The position numbers and the translations under genes are program-made. The notes under the pieces are model-generated. The model saw nothing but the letters and a program-made list of their open reading frames with translations, was not told the DNA's origin and did no database searches. A stretch of 64,000 nt of DNA from Alphaproteobacteria bacterium (GTDB lineage Bacteria > Pseudomonadota > Alphaproteobacteria > SP197): contig OZ219920.1 of NCBI GenBank assembly GCA_964291415.2, positions 480,001 through 544,000 on the forward strand, written 5' to 3'. This document shows, piece after piece, positions 39,333 to 49,695 of this stretch. Within the stretch, counting starts at the first letter, position 1, and every line of letters starts with the position of its first letter.

Positions 39333-40477
39333 TGCCCCCGCCGGTAGAAGTCGCGGATGCGCGTGCGCATCGCCGTGCCGGTGTCGCCCGCGTCCGGCAG
39401 CGAGACCGAGGGCTCGCGCGAGCCGTCCATCAGGTCCTGGGTGAACTCCGAGAGGTCGAGGCGCGCGAAGTCGATGCCCTCGACCTCCGCGACGGTGAGG
39501 CCCCGGCAGCTCGACCAGCCGATGCCGAGCTGGGCCCGGCCCTGCTGCTGCAGGATGCGCCCGAGCTTGGAGCCGAACACGCACCAGGCGCGCGAGCGGC
39601 GGATACAGACGCCGAAGAAGGTGCGCTTCGAGCAGTACCGTCCGAGATAGTGGGTGTTGCCGGCGTTGCGCTCCTCCGCCAGCTCGCGCTCCGAGGCCGA
39701 GCAGTTGCCGAGCCCGATGAGCAGCCCGAGTTCTTGCAGCAGTTGGCGAGCCCGAACAGCTTGATGTGGCAGGCGCGGCGCTGGCCGGTGAAGAAGCGCA
39801 TGTCGTCGCGGTCGAACTCGTCGCCGCCCAGCTCCACCGCCATGTTGAGCCGCGTCGTCGCGTTCACGAATCCGGTGTTCGACTGCGAGGGAACGGTCTC
39901 GCAGCCCGCGCCCACGCACCAGCGCACGGACCCGCAGGACCCGCCGTCCTGGGCGTCCTGGAGGTCCGCGCCGCAATCCGCCGTGCTGCCCGAGGCGAGG
40001 CCGTCCGCGCCGTGCGCCGACGATTGCGGCGACGCCGCGATGGTCTCCGAGCGCGCCACCACCGGATCGCTCGCCGGCACGGTCGCCGGGGGCCGGCTCG
40101 TCGCGCCCCGGACCACCGTCCGCCCGGCCGCGCCGCCGGGATCGTCGGGATCGGCGAGCCGCGCCCGGCCTTCGTGTTCGAGGCGGCTCGCGCCGATGCT
40201 CGCGCTCCGGCAGGTTCGTGCCGGCATAGCCCGGCACGTCGGCCGCGTTGGAGGAATCCCGCGCGATCGCGCGCGCCGCCGCATTGCCCGCATTGCCGAT
40301 GGCGCGCGCCGCCGCCTTGGGGTCCTCCTCCGCCTTCGCCGCCATGCCGGAGACCACCCACAGCATCAGGCAGACCAGCGCAAACATGGCCGTCCAGGTC
40401 AGCAGCCGGACGACCCGCGTGCCCCGGTCCAGCGCGACCTCGATACGGTCGCGGGACAGCTCGTTCTGTTCCGTCAT
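39329..40477 (-). CDS. traN: short TraN, ~380 aa (frameshifts ~40200 and ~39730)
   Basis: FFTGQRRAC...NCC, CSASERELA, HYLGRYCS, CVFGSKLGRILQQQGRAQL, CRGLT...IDFARLDLSEF. Confidence 0.88.
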   Translation of the reverse strand: MTEQNELSRDRIEVALDRGTRVVRLLTWTAMFALVCLMLWVVSGMAAKAEEDPKAAARAIGNAGNAAARAIARDSSNAADVPGYAGTNLPEREHRREPPRTRRPGAARRSRRSRRRGRADGGPGRDEPAPGDRAGERSGGGALGDHRGVAAIVGARRGRPRLGQHGGLRRGPPGRPGRRVLRVRALVRGRGLRDRSLAVEHRIRERDDAAQHGGGAGRRRVRPRRHALLHRPAPRLPHQAVRARQLLQELGLLIGLGNCSASERELAEERNAGNTHYLGRYCSKRTFFGVCIRRSRAWCVFGSKLGRILQQQGRAQLGIGWSSCRGLTVAEVEGIDFARLDLSEFTQDLMDGSREPSVSLPDAGDTGTAMRTRIRDFYRRGQ

Positions 40478-41214
40478 GGCGGGTCCTCTCCCCGCAAGCG
40501 TTCGAGGTGGCGGCGGGCAACGTCCCGTCCGACGGCTCCCTCGTCGGCGACGGCTTCGAGCGCCGCCGCCAGGCCGATGTTTCCGGTCACGACGTCGTGC
40601 GGCGGCGCCGGGTCGTCGGCGCAGCCCCGGCTCTGGCAGGGCGGTCCGCCGCCCGGCACGACCGCCACGGCCGGCACCCGCTCGATGCCGAACAGCCGGA
40701 ACAGGCGCGGGTCGATGGCGACCCCGGCATCGGCGCCGCCGAGGCGCTCGCCGATCCGCTTCGCGGTCTCCGGCAGGCCGCCAACGCCCACGCCGCGCAG
40801 CACCAGCGGCGCGCCGGATGCCGCCGCCTCGCGCGCCCATTGCCGCCAGCTCGCCGCCGGCACCGAGAGGCTCATGAAGATGAGGATTTCGGCCGTGCCG
40901 GAACGCGGGTCCGAGAGCTCGCCGGCATGGCGTTCGGCCGGGAGGGGCGCGGTGGACCGTCCGGGAACCGTCTGCCGCGCGCTCTCGCCGGCGCGTTCCA
41001 GGGCACGGTCGAGGATCGAGCGGGTCCAGGCGCCGAGCGACTCCCCGTCATCGCCGCCCGCCTTGCGCAGCACCTCCTCGACCAGGCGCGCGGCGTCCGC
41101 ATCGGGCGTGCCGGCGCGCGGCGCTTCCTCCGCCCGCGCCGTTCCCGACCCGCCCGCCGCCAGCAGCAGGGCCGTCAGGAACAGGACCGTCGGGGCTTGT
41201 CGGAAACGGCGCAT
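40474..41214 (-). CDS. trbC: type-F pilin assembly protein TrbC
   Basis: IFMSLSVP, LVLRG, IDPRLFRLFGIERVPA, VTGNIGLAAALE. Confidence 0.9.
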   Translation of the reverse strand: MRRFRQAPTVLFLTALLLAAGGSGTARAEEAPRAGTPDADAARLVEEVLRKAGGDDGESLGAWTRSILDRALERAGESARQTVPGRSTAPLPAERHAGELSDPRSGTAEILIFMSLSVPAASWRQWAREAAASGAPLVLRGVGVGGLPETAKRIGERLGGADAGVAIDPRLFRLFGIERVPAVAVVPGGGPPCQSRGCADDPAPPHDVVTGNIGLAAALEAVADEGAVGRDVARRHLERLRGEDPP

Positions 41215-41258
41215 CGGATTGTCCTCGGAGTGCAAATTCTTGTTGTCTGTCAATGGGT

Positions 41259-42261
41259 TCAGAGCAGGCAGCAATTGCGTTTTCTCCACAGCAGGTAGCC
41301 GAAGTTCTCGCCCGCGACCGGCAGCTCGCGGAGCGTCTCCCACAGCACCGTGGAGCGCCCGGTCGGGTTGCAGCCGGTGAACGGGTCGACGGCCGGCACC
41401 GGCTGGGTCATCTGCCAGCGGTACTGCGACTTCCGCATCACCGGCATCGGGTAGCGCCCGCAGAGCGCGCCCGACCCGAAGGTGCCCCAGGCGAGCCCGG
41501 CGCGGTGGAGCCGGTAGAGCAGGCGCTGGGAGGCGAGCAGCGACGCCTGGACCCCGCCGACATGGGCGGCGACGTTGCCGGTGAGCGGATACATCCCGCC
41601 CTGGCAGCCGGCGCACCAGAACATCGGGTCGAGCGGCAGGCCCGCCGAGGACGCCGCGCAGTCGGCGGCGCAGGCAGCCTGCGCCGGCAGGTTGGCGAAC
41701 AGCGCCGCCTCGGGGTTCAACAGGAACGACAGCTCGTCGTCGAGCCAGGCCGGGTCGAGCTCCGAGGCCCAGGCGATGTCGAGCCCGCCGCCCTCCAGGC
41801 AGCCCAGGTCGAGCAGCACGCCGATCCAGGAGAGCAGCGGATACATGTAGTAGTGCGCGTGCCAGACCGAGCCCTTGGCCCCGTCGCCGCCGGCCGCGCC
41901 GGTGCGCCCGCGCCCGGCCGGCAGGCCCGGATCGATGGTGAGGCCGCCCGAGGTTCGGGAAGCACCAGGGCGCCCGCGTCGCGTCGACCAGCCGGGCCGG
42001 CTCCCAGACCCCGAGCGAGAGGCCGATGCGCGGGATCGGCGAGCCGCAGAGGCAGATCGGCGAGGACGGGTTGGGCGTGTCCAGCACGCCCGAGACGCTG
42101 CCGATGGAGATCGGGCCGATCGAGATCGGGAACAGGCACTCCCAGCAGACGTCCGAGATCGGGTTGACGAACCGCCCGGTGCAGGACTGCGCCGAGGCCG
42201 CGCCGGACCACAGGACGGCCGCCAGGACAAGCGCGGCGAGAGGGGCGAGGCGGCGGATCAT
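41259..42261 (-). CDS. traU: TraU (frameshift ~41955)
   Basis: CTGRFVNPISDVCWECLFPI, SELDPAW, FWCAGCQG, YLLWRKRNCC. Confidence 0.95.
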
Positions 42262-42676
42262 GCCGGGGCTTCCGGTGCGGCGCCGTCACCATCACCCCCA
42301 CCGCGGCATCCGGCGTTTCTTCCGGCGCGCGCCGTCGCGCGGTCAGGATGTTGACCAGGCCCTGCCATCCCGAGACGACGATCTCGGTGACCGTCCGGTC
42401 GTTCCCCTCCCGGTCGGTGAACCCGCGCGTCGCGATCCGGCCCTCGACCATGACCCGGTCGCCCTTCTTCAGCATCGCCTCCACCGCCTTGACCGCCGCG
42501 CCGTAGACGACGATCCGGTGCCACTCCGTCGCCTCGGCGGGGCGTCCTTCCGCATCCTTCCACTTCTCGGTGGTGGCAAGCGTGAAGACGGCCGCCCTGC
42601 CGCCCTTCTTCAGGTCGCGGATCTCCGGATCGCGCCCGGCATGGCCCAGCAGGGTGGCGCGGTTGACGTTCAGCAT
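42258..42676 (-). CDS. ssb: second SSB inside the tra operon (probable frameshift ~42295)
   Basis: NRATLLGHAGRDPEIR, LATTEKW, TEWHRIV, KGDRVMVEGRI; no DDIPF-type tail. Confidence 0.88.
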
Positions 42677-42680
42677 GGCT

Positions 42681-43346
42681 TCACTCCTTCCCTTCAGTTC
42701 CATCGGGGTCCGGGTCTTGGACCACGGGGATTTCGGTGATGCGCAGCCGCGTCCCGGCCTGCGCGACCAGCGCGGGCGTGAAGCGCAGGCCGAAGCGCGC
42801 GGCGAGGCGTCCGCCCTGGTCGAAGAAGAAGGGCCGGCGGTGGCGGCGCATCAGCTCCAGCGGCCGGCCGGCGAGCAGCACGATCTTCGCGGGCCGCTCA
42901 TGTTCCAGCGCCCAGGCGATCTCGGCCTCGCGCCTGCCGTCGACGAACAGCAGGTCGCGGGCGAGCGTCACGCGCTCCAGCGGGCTGACCCGCGTGCCGG
43001 CGGCGGCGATCAGCGCGCCGTCGGCGGTTCGGATATCGCGCGCGACCGTGATGGCGGGATCGAACAGGCGGCTGCGCTCCTCCCTGGCCGGCGCGATTCC
43101 GGGCACCGGCTCCGGCTCCTCCAGCATCCGACGGGCGCCGTCGCGGGCTTCGTCCTCCAGCCGCGCCAGCGCGCCGGAGCGTTCCATCTCGACGAGGCGC
43201 GCCTCGATCTGCGCCAGCAGGTCCGGCTCCGCCACCGGCCAGGTCGCGCCGCGCACGCCGAGGTCCTTCGCGGATGCGGGCGCGGCCAGCGCCAGCGCCG
43301 CCGCCACTCCCGGCGCCGCCAGCAGCCGCAGGGCCGGGGGTCTCAC
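42681..43346 (-). CDS. traW: TraW
   Basis: DLGVRGATWPVAEPDLL, FDPAI, FFFDQGGRL...TPA. Confidence 0.93.
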   Translation of the reverse strand: MRPPALRLLAAPGVAAALALAAPASAKDLGVRGATWPVAEPDLLAQIEARLVEMERSGALARLEDEARDGARRMLEEPEPVPGIAPAREERSRLFDPAITVARDIRTADGALIAAAGTRVSPLERVTLARDLLFVDGRREAEIAWALEHERPAKIVLLAGRPLELMRRHRRPFFFDQGGRLAARFGLRFTPALVAQAGTRLRITEIPVVQDPDPDGTEGKE

Positions 43347-43971
43347 GACCGGTCTCCGGCAACCGGGGGCGGTCCGTCCGCCGGATGCGGCAGGATGGCC
43401 GGGTCTCCGGCATCCGCGTCCTCCGGCCCGACCAGCGGCCCGTCGAGGCCGAGCCAGGGGATGTCCGGCATGGCGACGGCGCGGCCCAGGATCTGGCGTC
43501 GCGCGGCACGAGGCCGATTTCGGCGTAGCGGCTGTCGTGCGAATCCGCGTGGTCCGCGAACAGGTAGTAATGCCCCGGCGGAATCACGCCCGGCGCGATC
43601 GGTTCCAGCGGGCGACCGTCGCGCGCATATGCCTTGGCCCGGCCCGCCGGCGCGCCGTCGAGGAAGACCGTCCTGTCCGGTCCGACCGTGACCGCCATGC
43701 CCGGCACGCCGCGCACCGTCTTGAGATAGGGCACCGGCGAGCCGACGGCCTCGGGAGGCTCGAACAGCACCCGGTCGCCGATTTCCGGCGCCTCGCCGAA
43801 CAGCGGGAAGGCGGCATAGCCCCAGGCTTCGTCCGACCAGCTCGCGTTGACATGCACGCGCGAGACGCCAACCAGCCACAGCGCCGCCAGCGCGACCATC
43901 ACGGCCAGGCCGATGCGCCGCCGCCGCGGCCGGGCGGCCGCCAGCGCGAAGTCCGGGCGCCCGCCGCTCAC
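43343..43971 (-). CDS. trhF: S26 conjugal signal peptidase, TrhF-like (frameshift ~43500)
   Basis: NASWS, YLKTVRGVPG, HADSHDSRY, ILGRA. Confidence 0.85.
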
Positions 43972-44345
43972 CGTCCGTCTCCCCGGGCCGTCCCGGCCCC
44001 GGTGTCCGGGCGCCGCGCCAGGAGCTCCGCAAGCACCGCCTCCACGTGCCACGTCACGTCCGGCGCTCCGGCGGCCACCGCCCGGGCCGGCAGCAGCACG
44101 ACGCCACGGCGTTCGGATACATGGACGAGCGCGGCCTCCAGCGCCTCGCCCCAGGCCCGCACGTCATCGGCGGTCCGCCCCTCCGTCGCGGCGCGCATCG
44201 TCCAGGCCGCGGTCATCTCGCCGAGACGGACCGAGGCGACGCGCGCCGGTTCGGGCGCGGCAAGGCGCACCGTCGCCGCCGCGACCGCCGCCGCCACGCC
44301 GCCCGCCAGCAGCACGGCGCAGGCCAGCAGGCGAAGCTCGCTCAT
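43968..44345 (-). CDS. trbI: type-F TrbI-like protein
   Basis: N-terminal TM segment; VVLLPARAVAAGAPDVT; position between traC and traW. Confidence 0.75.
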   Translation of the reverse strand: MSELRLLACAVLLAGGVAAAVAAATVRLAAPEPARVASVRLGEMTAAWTMRAATEGRTADDVRAWGEALEAALVHVSERRGVVLLPARAVAAGAPDVTWHVEAVLAELLARRPDTGAGTARGDGR

Positions 44346-44584
44346 GCCGCGTTCCCCGCCCGCCGCGCGGTCATCCTCACATGGGCGCGGGTGTCCCGAT
44401 GCTTGAACCAGGCCGTGCCGTCCTCGTCATGGAACATGTAGAGGTAATGGCCCGCCCAGTTGCGCGCGCCCGGCTCGCCCGACAGCACGCCCGCCAGGAT
44501 GGCGGCGCGGAACACCGTCTCCGCGTCCCGCTCCACGGTGATGCCGTTCGCCGCGGGCCGGCGCCGGTCAGGACGCGGGCGCAT
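44342..44584 (-). CDS. hypothetical protein, ~80 aa, within the tra operon
   Basis: Overlapping stop/start with trbI; WAGHYLYMFHD...FKHRDTR. Confidence 0.6.
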   Translation of the reverse strand: MRPRPDRRRPAANGITVERDAETVFRAAILAGVLSGEPGARNWAGHYLYMFHDEDGTAWFKHRDTRAHVRMTARRAGNAA

Positions 44585-45196
44585 CGTCCGCCCCCTCGCC
44601 GCCTGCCCGCCGTAACGCTGCCCGGTCGCCCGCAAGCGCCCGGAACCGGGCGAGCCAGCCCTCCGCCGCCTTGTCGGGAGGTACCGGGCGGATGCGCCGC
44701 TTCAGCGGCGGGAAGGCCACGCCGGCCCCGGCCGAACCCTGGCCCTCCAGAAGGTCGCGCCTCTCGGTCGCCGCCGCCATGCGGGTGACGAAGCGCAGCA
44801 GCTCGGCTTGCTCCTCGTTCAGCACGGCATCCAGCCCGGCGGCCTCGCGCACCGCAGTCTCGATTCCGTGGCGAGGCGTCCGACGCGGTCCGCCGCACGC
44901 TGCGAGTCCGGCAGGCGCCCCCGGAGCCAGGCCGACGGCGCATCGGCGAGGAGCGCGTGCAATGCGAGCCGCCGGCGGTCCTCCTCGTCGAGGCCGTCGA
45001 GCGCCTCGATCTCCTCGCTGACCGTCACCGCATGCGCCGCGACCGAGTGGTAGTGCCGGATGCAGCCGCCCCGGCGGCAGGTGTTGGCGAGCACATGGGC
45101 CAGCGCCTCGAAGTCGATATCTTCCGCCGTCACCGTCTCCGGGTCGTCCGGCCAGGTGAGCGGGCGTTGCCCGCCGTCGGTTGCCTTCCGCGTCAT
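44568..45196 (-). CDS. degenerate HD-domain protein (YfbR/YfdR-like) in the tra operon (frameshift ~44868)
   Basis: DIDFEALAHVLANTCRRGG...HSVAAHAV...ALLADAPSAWL...IETAVREAAGL...ATERRDL. Confidence 0.75.
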
Positions 45197-47754
45197 GCGG
45201 CATCCTCCGTCTCGCTGGTTTCGGAATGGCCTGTAGGGGCGGGATTGACGTCCCCCGCCAGACGGTCGATGGCCTCGACCGTCGAGAGCCCCTCGGCCTT
45301 GAGCCGCTCGACCGCTGCGAAGGCGGGGCCGCGCGACGAGAACAGCGCCACCGACCAGGCGTCGAGCACGAGCCGCGCCACGCGCCAGCCGTCCGGGACC
45401 GTGCAGCACCAGCTCGGCGTAGCGCCCGTCGGCGGTGGTGAGGGATCTTCAGCGCCCGCTCCATGCCGGGATCGCAGTGGATGCGCTTCTCGGATTTCAG
45501 CAGCTCGACCGACTCGTCCTTCTGGGCGAGGAAGATCACCCAGTCCGAGTTCTCCCAGGCGGCGCGGGCGGCGGGGTTGGCGTAGTAGTCGTTGACCGAC
45601 TGCGTGCCGGTCACCAGGGCGCCGCGGTATTTGCGGGCGCGCCGGGCCGCCCCTTCGAGGAACGCCTTCGAATCCTCGCCGGAGAGCAGGTCCCAGGCCT
45701 CGTCGATGACGATGGCCTTCGCCCGGGTGCGCGGGCCGTGATACATGCGTTGCGTCGCGAGGAAGACCACCAGCATCAGCACCACCGCCTGGACGTCGCC
45801 CCGGCCCTTGAGTTCGGCGAGCTCGAACACCGTCATGGCGTTCTCCAGGTCAGGCACGTTCGAGCCCGCGAACAGCCGCCCCATGGCGCCGCCCGGACAC
45901 CAGGGGCCGAGGGAGGTCGCCATGTCGGCGGCGCGGCGGTCGTCGCGGGCTTCGAGGTTCTTGCGCACCGTGCCGAGATCGGCGTCATTGCCGGCCTCGT
46001 CCCAGGCCGCCGCGATGGCCTCGGCAATGAGCGCCGCCTCGATGTCGTCGATGGAACCGCGGCGCCGGGCCATGCGGCCTATGACGCCCGCCAGCATGGC
46101 GAAGCACTCTTCCCTGTAATCGCCGTCATGCTCGGCGGTGCCGGCGTCGATCATGGCGAAGGGGTTGAGGCAGGCCGGGTCCTTGCCGAAGGCGATGAAC
46201 GCGCCCTCCAGGGCCTCCGCCGTGTGCTGGAACGATCTTCCGTCGTCGATCACGACAGCCTCGCCGCCGGCGCCGATCAGCCCGGTCACCAGCTCCTGCA
46301 TCAGCACCGACTTGCCGGAGCCCGACTTGCCGGTGACGGCGACGTTGTAGTTGCCGGCCTCGTTGGCGAAGGGCGACCAGCAGGCCGGCTGGCCCCGGCG
46401 CCCGATCAGGAACAGCGCGGGCGGGTTGTCGGGATTCGCCGGCTGGCCGCGCCACTCGCCGTGCAGGGGGCTGAGGTTGACCGCGCGAGGACGTCAGCAG
46501 GGTCTTCATCCGGCCCATGCGTTCGAGGTCGGCGTCGAGGCCGCCGGCGGACGCCATCGGCAAACACGCCAGCCAGGAGGGGAGCTGCATGTAGCGCTCC
46601 GCGTTCACCCGCCAGCCCTGGCCGTGGTAGATCGCGCGCACCGCCTGCTCGGCCTCGTCGAGCGCGTCGAGCGGTGCGTAGACCGCCGCCATGTAGGAGG
46701 CGCGGACCAGCTTCTCGCCGTCCTTGATCCGGTCGGTCACCGCCTGCCAGTCGCGCGCCTTCTCGGGCAGGCCGGGGAGATATTTCGCGATCCCGGTGCC
46801 GGCCTGCTGGGTCGCGCGGGCGGACTTGAGGAACGCCTTCTCGCCCGCCGCCTCGTCGCCGGTGACGACGGTGAGGCAGGTCAGCACCGGGCAGCCGGGC
46901 TGCAGGAAGTCGCGGTGGAAGTCGCCGATCAGCGCGTTGCCGCGCCAGCCCGGCCAGACCTCCGGGAAGGCGATGGCCGACAGCACCCGGACCGCGATGT
47001 CCTGCCCGTCGGGGTGGTGGAAGGTGAGGCCGGTCGGCGCCACGGTGAGCGCGCGGCCCGGTGCAGTGCATTGCTCGTGCAGCGGATCGCGCGGCGCCCA
47101 GCGGCGCGGCGGGCGTTCCGCGCCGCCGTCGCGGTAACCGCCGATGTCGGGGTTCGTGAGCTCCGCCGCCAGCGACAGCAGCGCGTCCGGCTCCAGCCGC
47201 CGGGTCTGTGCGCCGGCCGAGGCGAGCGTGCCTTCGAGCGCGCGGCGGAAGGCGCCGAGCGCGGTCTCCGCCGAAGGTCCCGGACCGCCCGCGAGGCAGG
47301 CGGTGACGAACACCCGGTAGTCCGAGAGGGTGAAGGGCGGGCCGCCCGCATGCAGGCGGCGCCAGCCGCCGGGCGCCAGCAGCTCGCCGCGGCGGGAACC
47401 CATTCGGGCCAATGCGCCCCCGGCCTCCCTGCGCGGCCCGGCCCAGGCGCGCGCGGCCGCGCCGAAGCGCGGGCTCGCCCAGTGGATCACCTGGATGGTG
47501 CAGCGCTCGGGCGCGGCATCGGCGAGCGTTCCCGCCAGCGCCCCCAGGGTCTCGGCGTCGATGCCGGCAAATGGCGGCAGCTCGACGACGAACCCCACCG
47601 AGCCCGCGTTGACGTAGAGCTCGCTCGATTCGTCGAAGGCGCGCCAGGGCAGCAGGGCATGGAGCGCGGCCGGCAGCGCCGGCGGCGTCCACGCGCCGGG
47701 CGCCTCCGGGCCCTCGAACAGCTCCAGCAGCCGCGACAGCGCGCCCGATGCCAT
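45193..47754 (-). CDS. traC: TraC, VirB4-family ATPase (frameshifts ~46488, ~45445, ~45395)
   Basis: LLPWRAFD, NYNVAVTGKSGSGKS, IDDGRSF, IVIDEAWDLL, RRARKYRG...TQS. Confidence 0.95.
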
Positions 47755-48413
47755 CAGCGGAGCCTCCACCCGGCGGGCTCCAGCACGACCCGCACGTGGC
47801 TCGCCTCGCGGTAGACGCCGTTCGCGTCGACGAAGGGCGCGATCCAGATCCGCGCGACGATTTCGCCGGTGCGAAGATCCTCGGCCTCCGGTCCGTCCGG
47901 CGCCGCTTCGGCTTCGGCCGGAAGGGGGGCGGAGTCCGGTTCCCCGGTCCGCGCGGCGGCGGGCGTTTCGGCTTCCTCGACCGGCGCCGGACGCTGCGCC
48001 GCCGTCGCGGAGGACGCCACGGCGGAGCCTCCAGCCGGACGCGCCTCGTCTTCATGGGCCTCGCCCGCGAACAGCCGCGCCAGCCAGGCGAAGGGATCGA
48101 ACGCGCCGCAGCCCGCCTCGCACGGCGGCGCGGTGTCCGGTGCCGGCCCGGCCCGTTCGTGCCCACGCTCCCGCCAGAGCGGCTCCGCGAGCACCGTCGC
48201 GCGTGTCGCCTGCCGGTCCGGCACCGCCGGATCGGCGGCGGCGACGCTGTCGCACAGCCCCCCCTCCGCGAGCGGGCATTGCCAGGATTCGCCGATATGG
48301 CCCGTCGAGCAGCCGGCGAGCAGCAGCGCGGCGAGCGCCGCGGCGGGGACCCCGGCTCGGCGGCCGGGACGGGCCGCCGTGAGAAGCGGCGCGGGTCTGG
48401 TTGCATGCGTCAT
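47754..48413 (-). CDS. traV: TraV lipoprotein
   Basis: Lipobox LLAGC, WQC...C, RIWIAPFVDANG. Confidence 0.9.
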   Translation of the reverse strand: MTHATRPAPLLTAARPGRRAGVPAAALAALLLAGCSTGHIGESWQCPLAEGGLCDSVAAADPAVPDRQATRATVLAEPLWRERGHERAGPAPDTAPPCEAGCGAFDPFAWLARLFAGEAHEDEARPAGGSAVASSATAAQRPAPVEEAETPAAARTGEPDSAPLPAEAEAAPDGPEAEDLRTGEIVARIWIAPFVDANGVYREASHVRVVLEPAGWRLR

Positions 48414-48414
48414 G

Positions 48415-49695
48415 TCATTGTCCTTTCTGCGCGGTGAGAACCGGCCCGCGGCCGTCGATGCGGGCGCCTTCGAGGAACACCAGCGTCACCTTCGTGCCGG
48501 CCTGGAGCTGGACGACGGGCTGGTACTGCTCGGCGCGGCGGATCATGTAGTCGGCGACCTTCTGGCCGGCGGAGCCGGCGCCCGCACCGAGGCCGGCGCG
48601 GCCGATGTCGCCAAGCCCGGTATTGGCCACGGCTGCGCCGGTGCCCGTGGCGACCGCCTGGGGCTGGAACGCCTGCGACACGCCCTGGCCGAGGCCGGAG
48701 ACCATGCCGGCGAGGAACGCCTTCTCGACCAGCGCGCCCTCGCGGCTCACCACCGGGCCGCGCACCCCGGTCTTGCCCGAGCCCGCCACGAACCCCGCGA
48801 CGTCGGTCTCGATCACGGTGCCGGGCTCCGGTCCGGCGCAGGTCATGGTGCGGAACCGCACATAGACCTTCTCCGAGGAGAGGTCGCCGTGGGCCGCCCC
48901 GGTCACGGTGCAGCCGTCGACGTCGACAGCCAAGGCCGTGCCGTCCTCGGCCGCGGTCCATGCCGGCCCCGTGATGCGCAGCAGCACCGGGCGCGGATCG
49001 CCCTGGCTGCTCACCCCGGCCGAGGCGTCGACGCCGGCCAGCACCACGGCTTGTGCATGCGCGCCCGCCGGCAGCCAGGTCGAGACCGGCTTCGCCACGG
49101 CGTCGGCCACCAGCTCCGGTCCGGTACGTGAATCGGATACGGAGGATTGCGGCGCGCCCTCGAGCTCGAAGGTCTCGATCATGCGCACGCGCGAGGGCAT
49201 CGCCGGCCGCGCCTGTCCGTCCCCCGGAGGAGCCGGAGTCTCGCCCCGGAACCAGGGATCGCCGCCGGGCGCGTTGGCCTGCCCGGCGGTGCCCTCGGCC
49301 GGCAGCCCGCGCCTGAGCTCGTCGATCAGCGCCGCCTGGCGGTCGATGACCTCGCGCGCGTTGGCGGCGTCGCCCTCCAGCCTCGCACGCAGCCGCTCGT
49401 TGTCCGCCCTGAGCGTCCGCGCCTCCTGGCCGAGCTCGCGGATCCGGGTCTCGATCCCGCCGAGCCTGGCCTCCGAGCGCCGCGTCCAGACCTGCTCGGC
49501 CGCGTCCGGCCCGGCGATCTCGGCCTCGATGCCGCCCTGCGGCGCCTTGCTCTTGCCCCCGCCCATGCCGAGCCACGCGGCCACCGCCACCAGCAGCACC
49601 GCCGCGATGGCGGAGAACAGCAGGAGCTGGCGCCGGCGCACCGCGTCGGCGTCGACCAGGTCGCGGACGCGCCGCCCGTCGCTGCGCGCGCTCAT
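48415..49695 (-). CDS. traB: TraB (VirB10-like)
   Basis: LPAG...VLAGVDA, GCTVTGAAHGDLSSE, GVRGPVVSR, YMIRRAEQYQPVV. Confidence 0.94.
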   Translation of the reverse strand: MSARSDGRRVRDLVDADAVRRRQLLLFSAIAAVLLVAVAAWLGMGGGKSKAPQGGIEAEIAGPDAAEQVWTRRSEARLGGIETRIRELGQEARTLRADNERLRARLEGDAANAREVIDRQAALIDELRRGLPAEGTAGQANAPGGDPWFRGETPAPPGDGQARPAMPSRVRMIETFELEGAPQSSVSDSRTGPELVADAVAKPVSTWLPAGAHAQAVVLAGVDASAGVSSQGDPRPVLLRITGPAWTAAEDGTALAVDVDGCTVTGAAHGDLSSEKVYVRFRTMTCAGPEPGTVIETDVAGFVAGSGKTGVRGPVVSREGALVEKAFLAGMVSGLGQGVSQAFQPQAVATGTGAAVANTGLGDIGRAGLGAGAGSAGQKVADYMIRRAEQYQPVVQLQAGTKVTLVFLEGARIDGRGPVLTAQKGQ

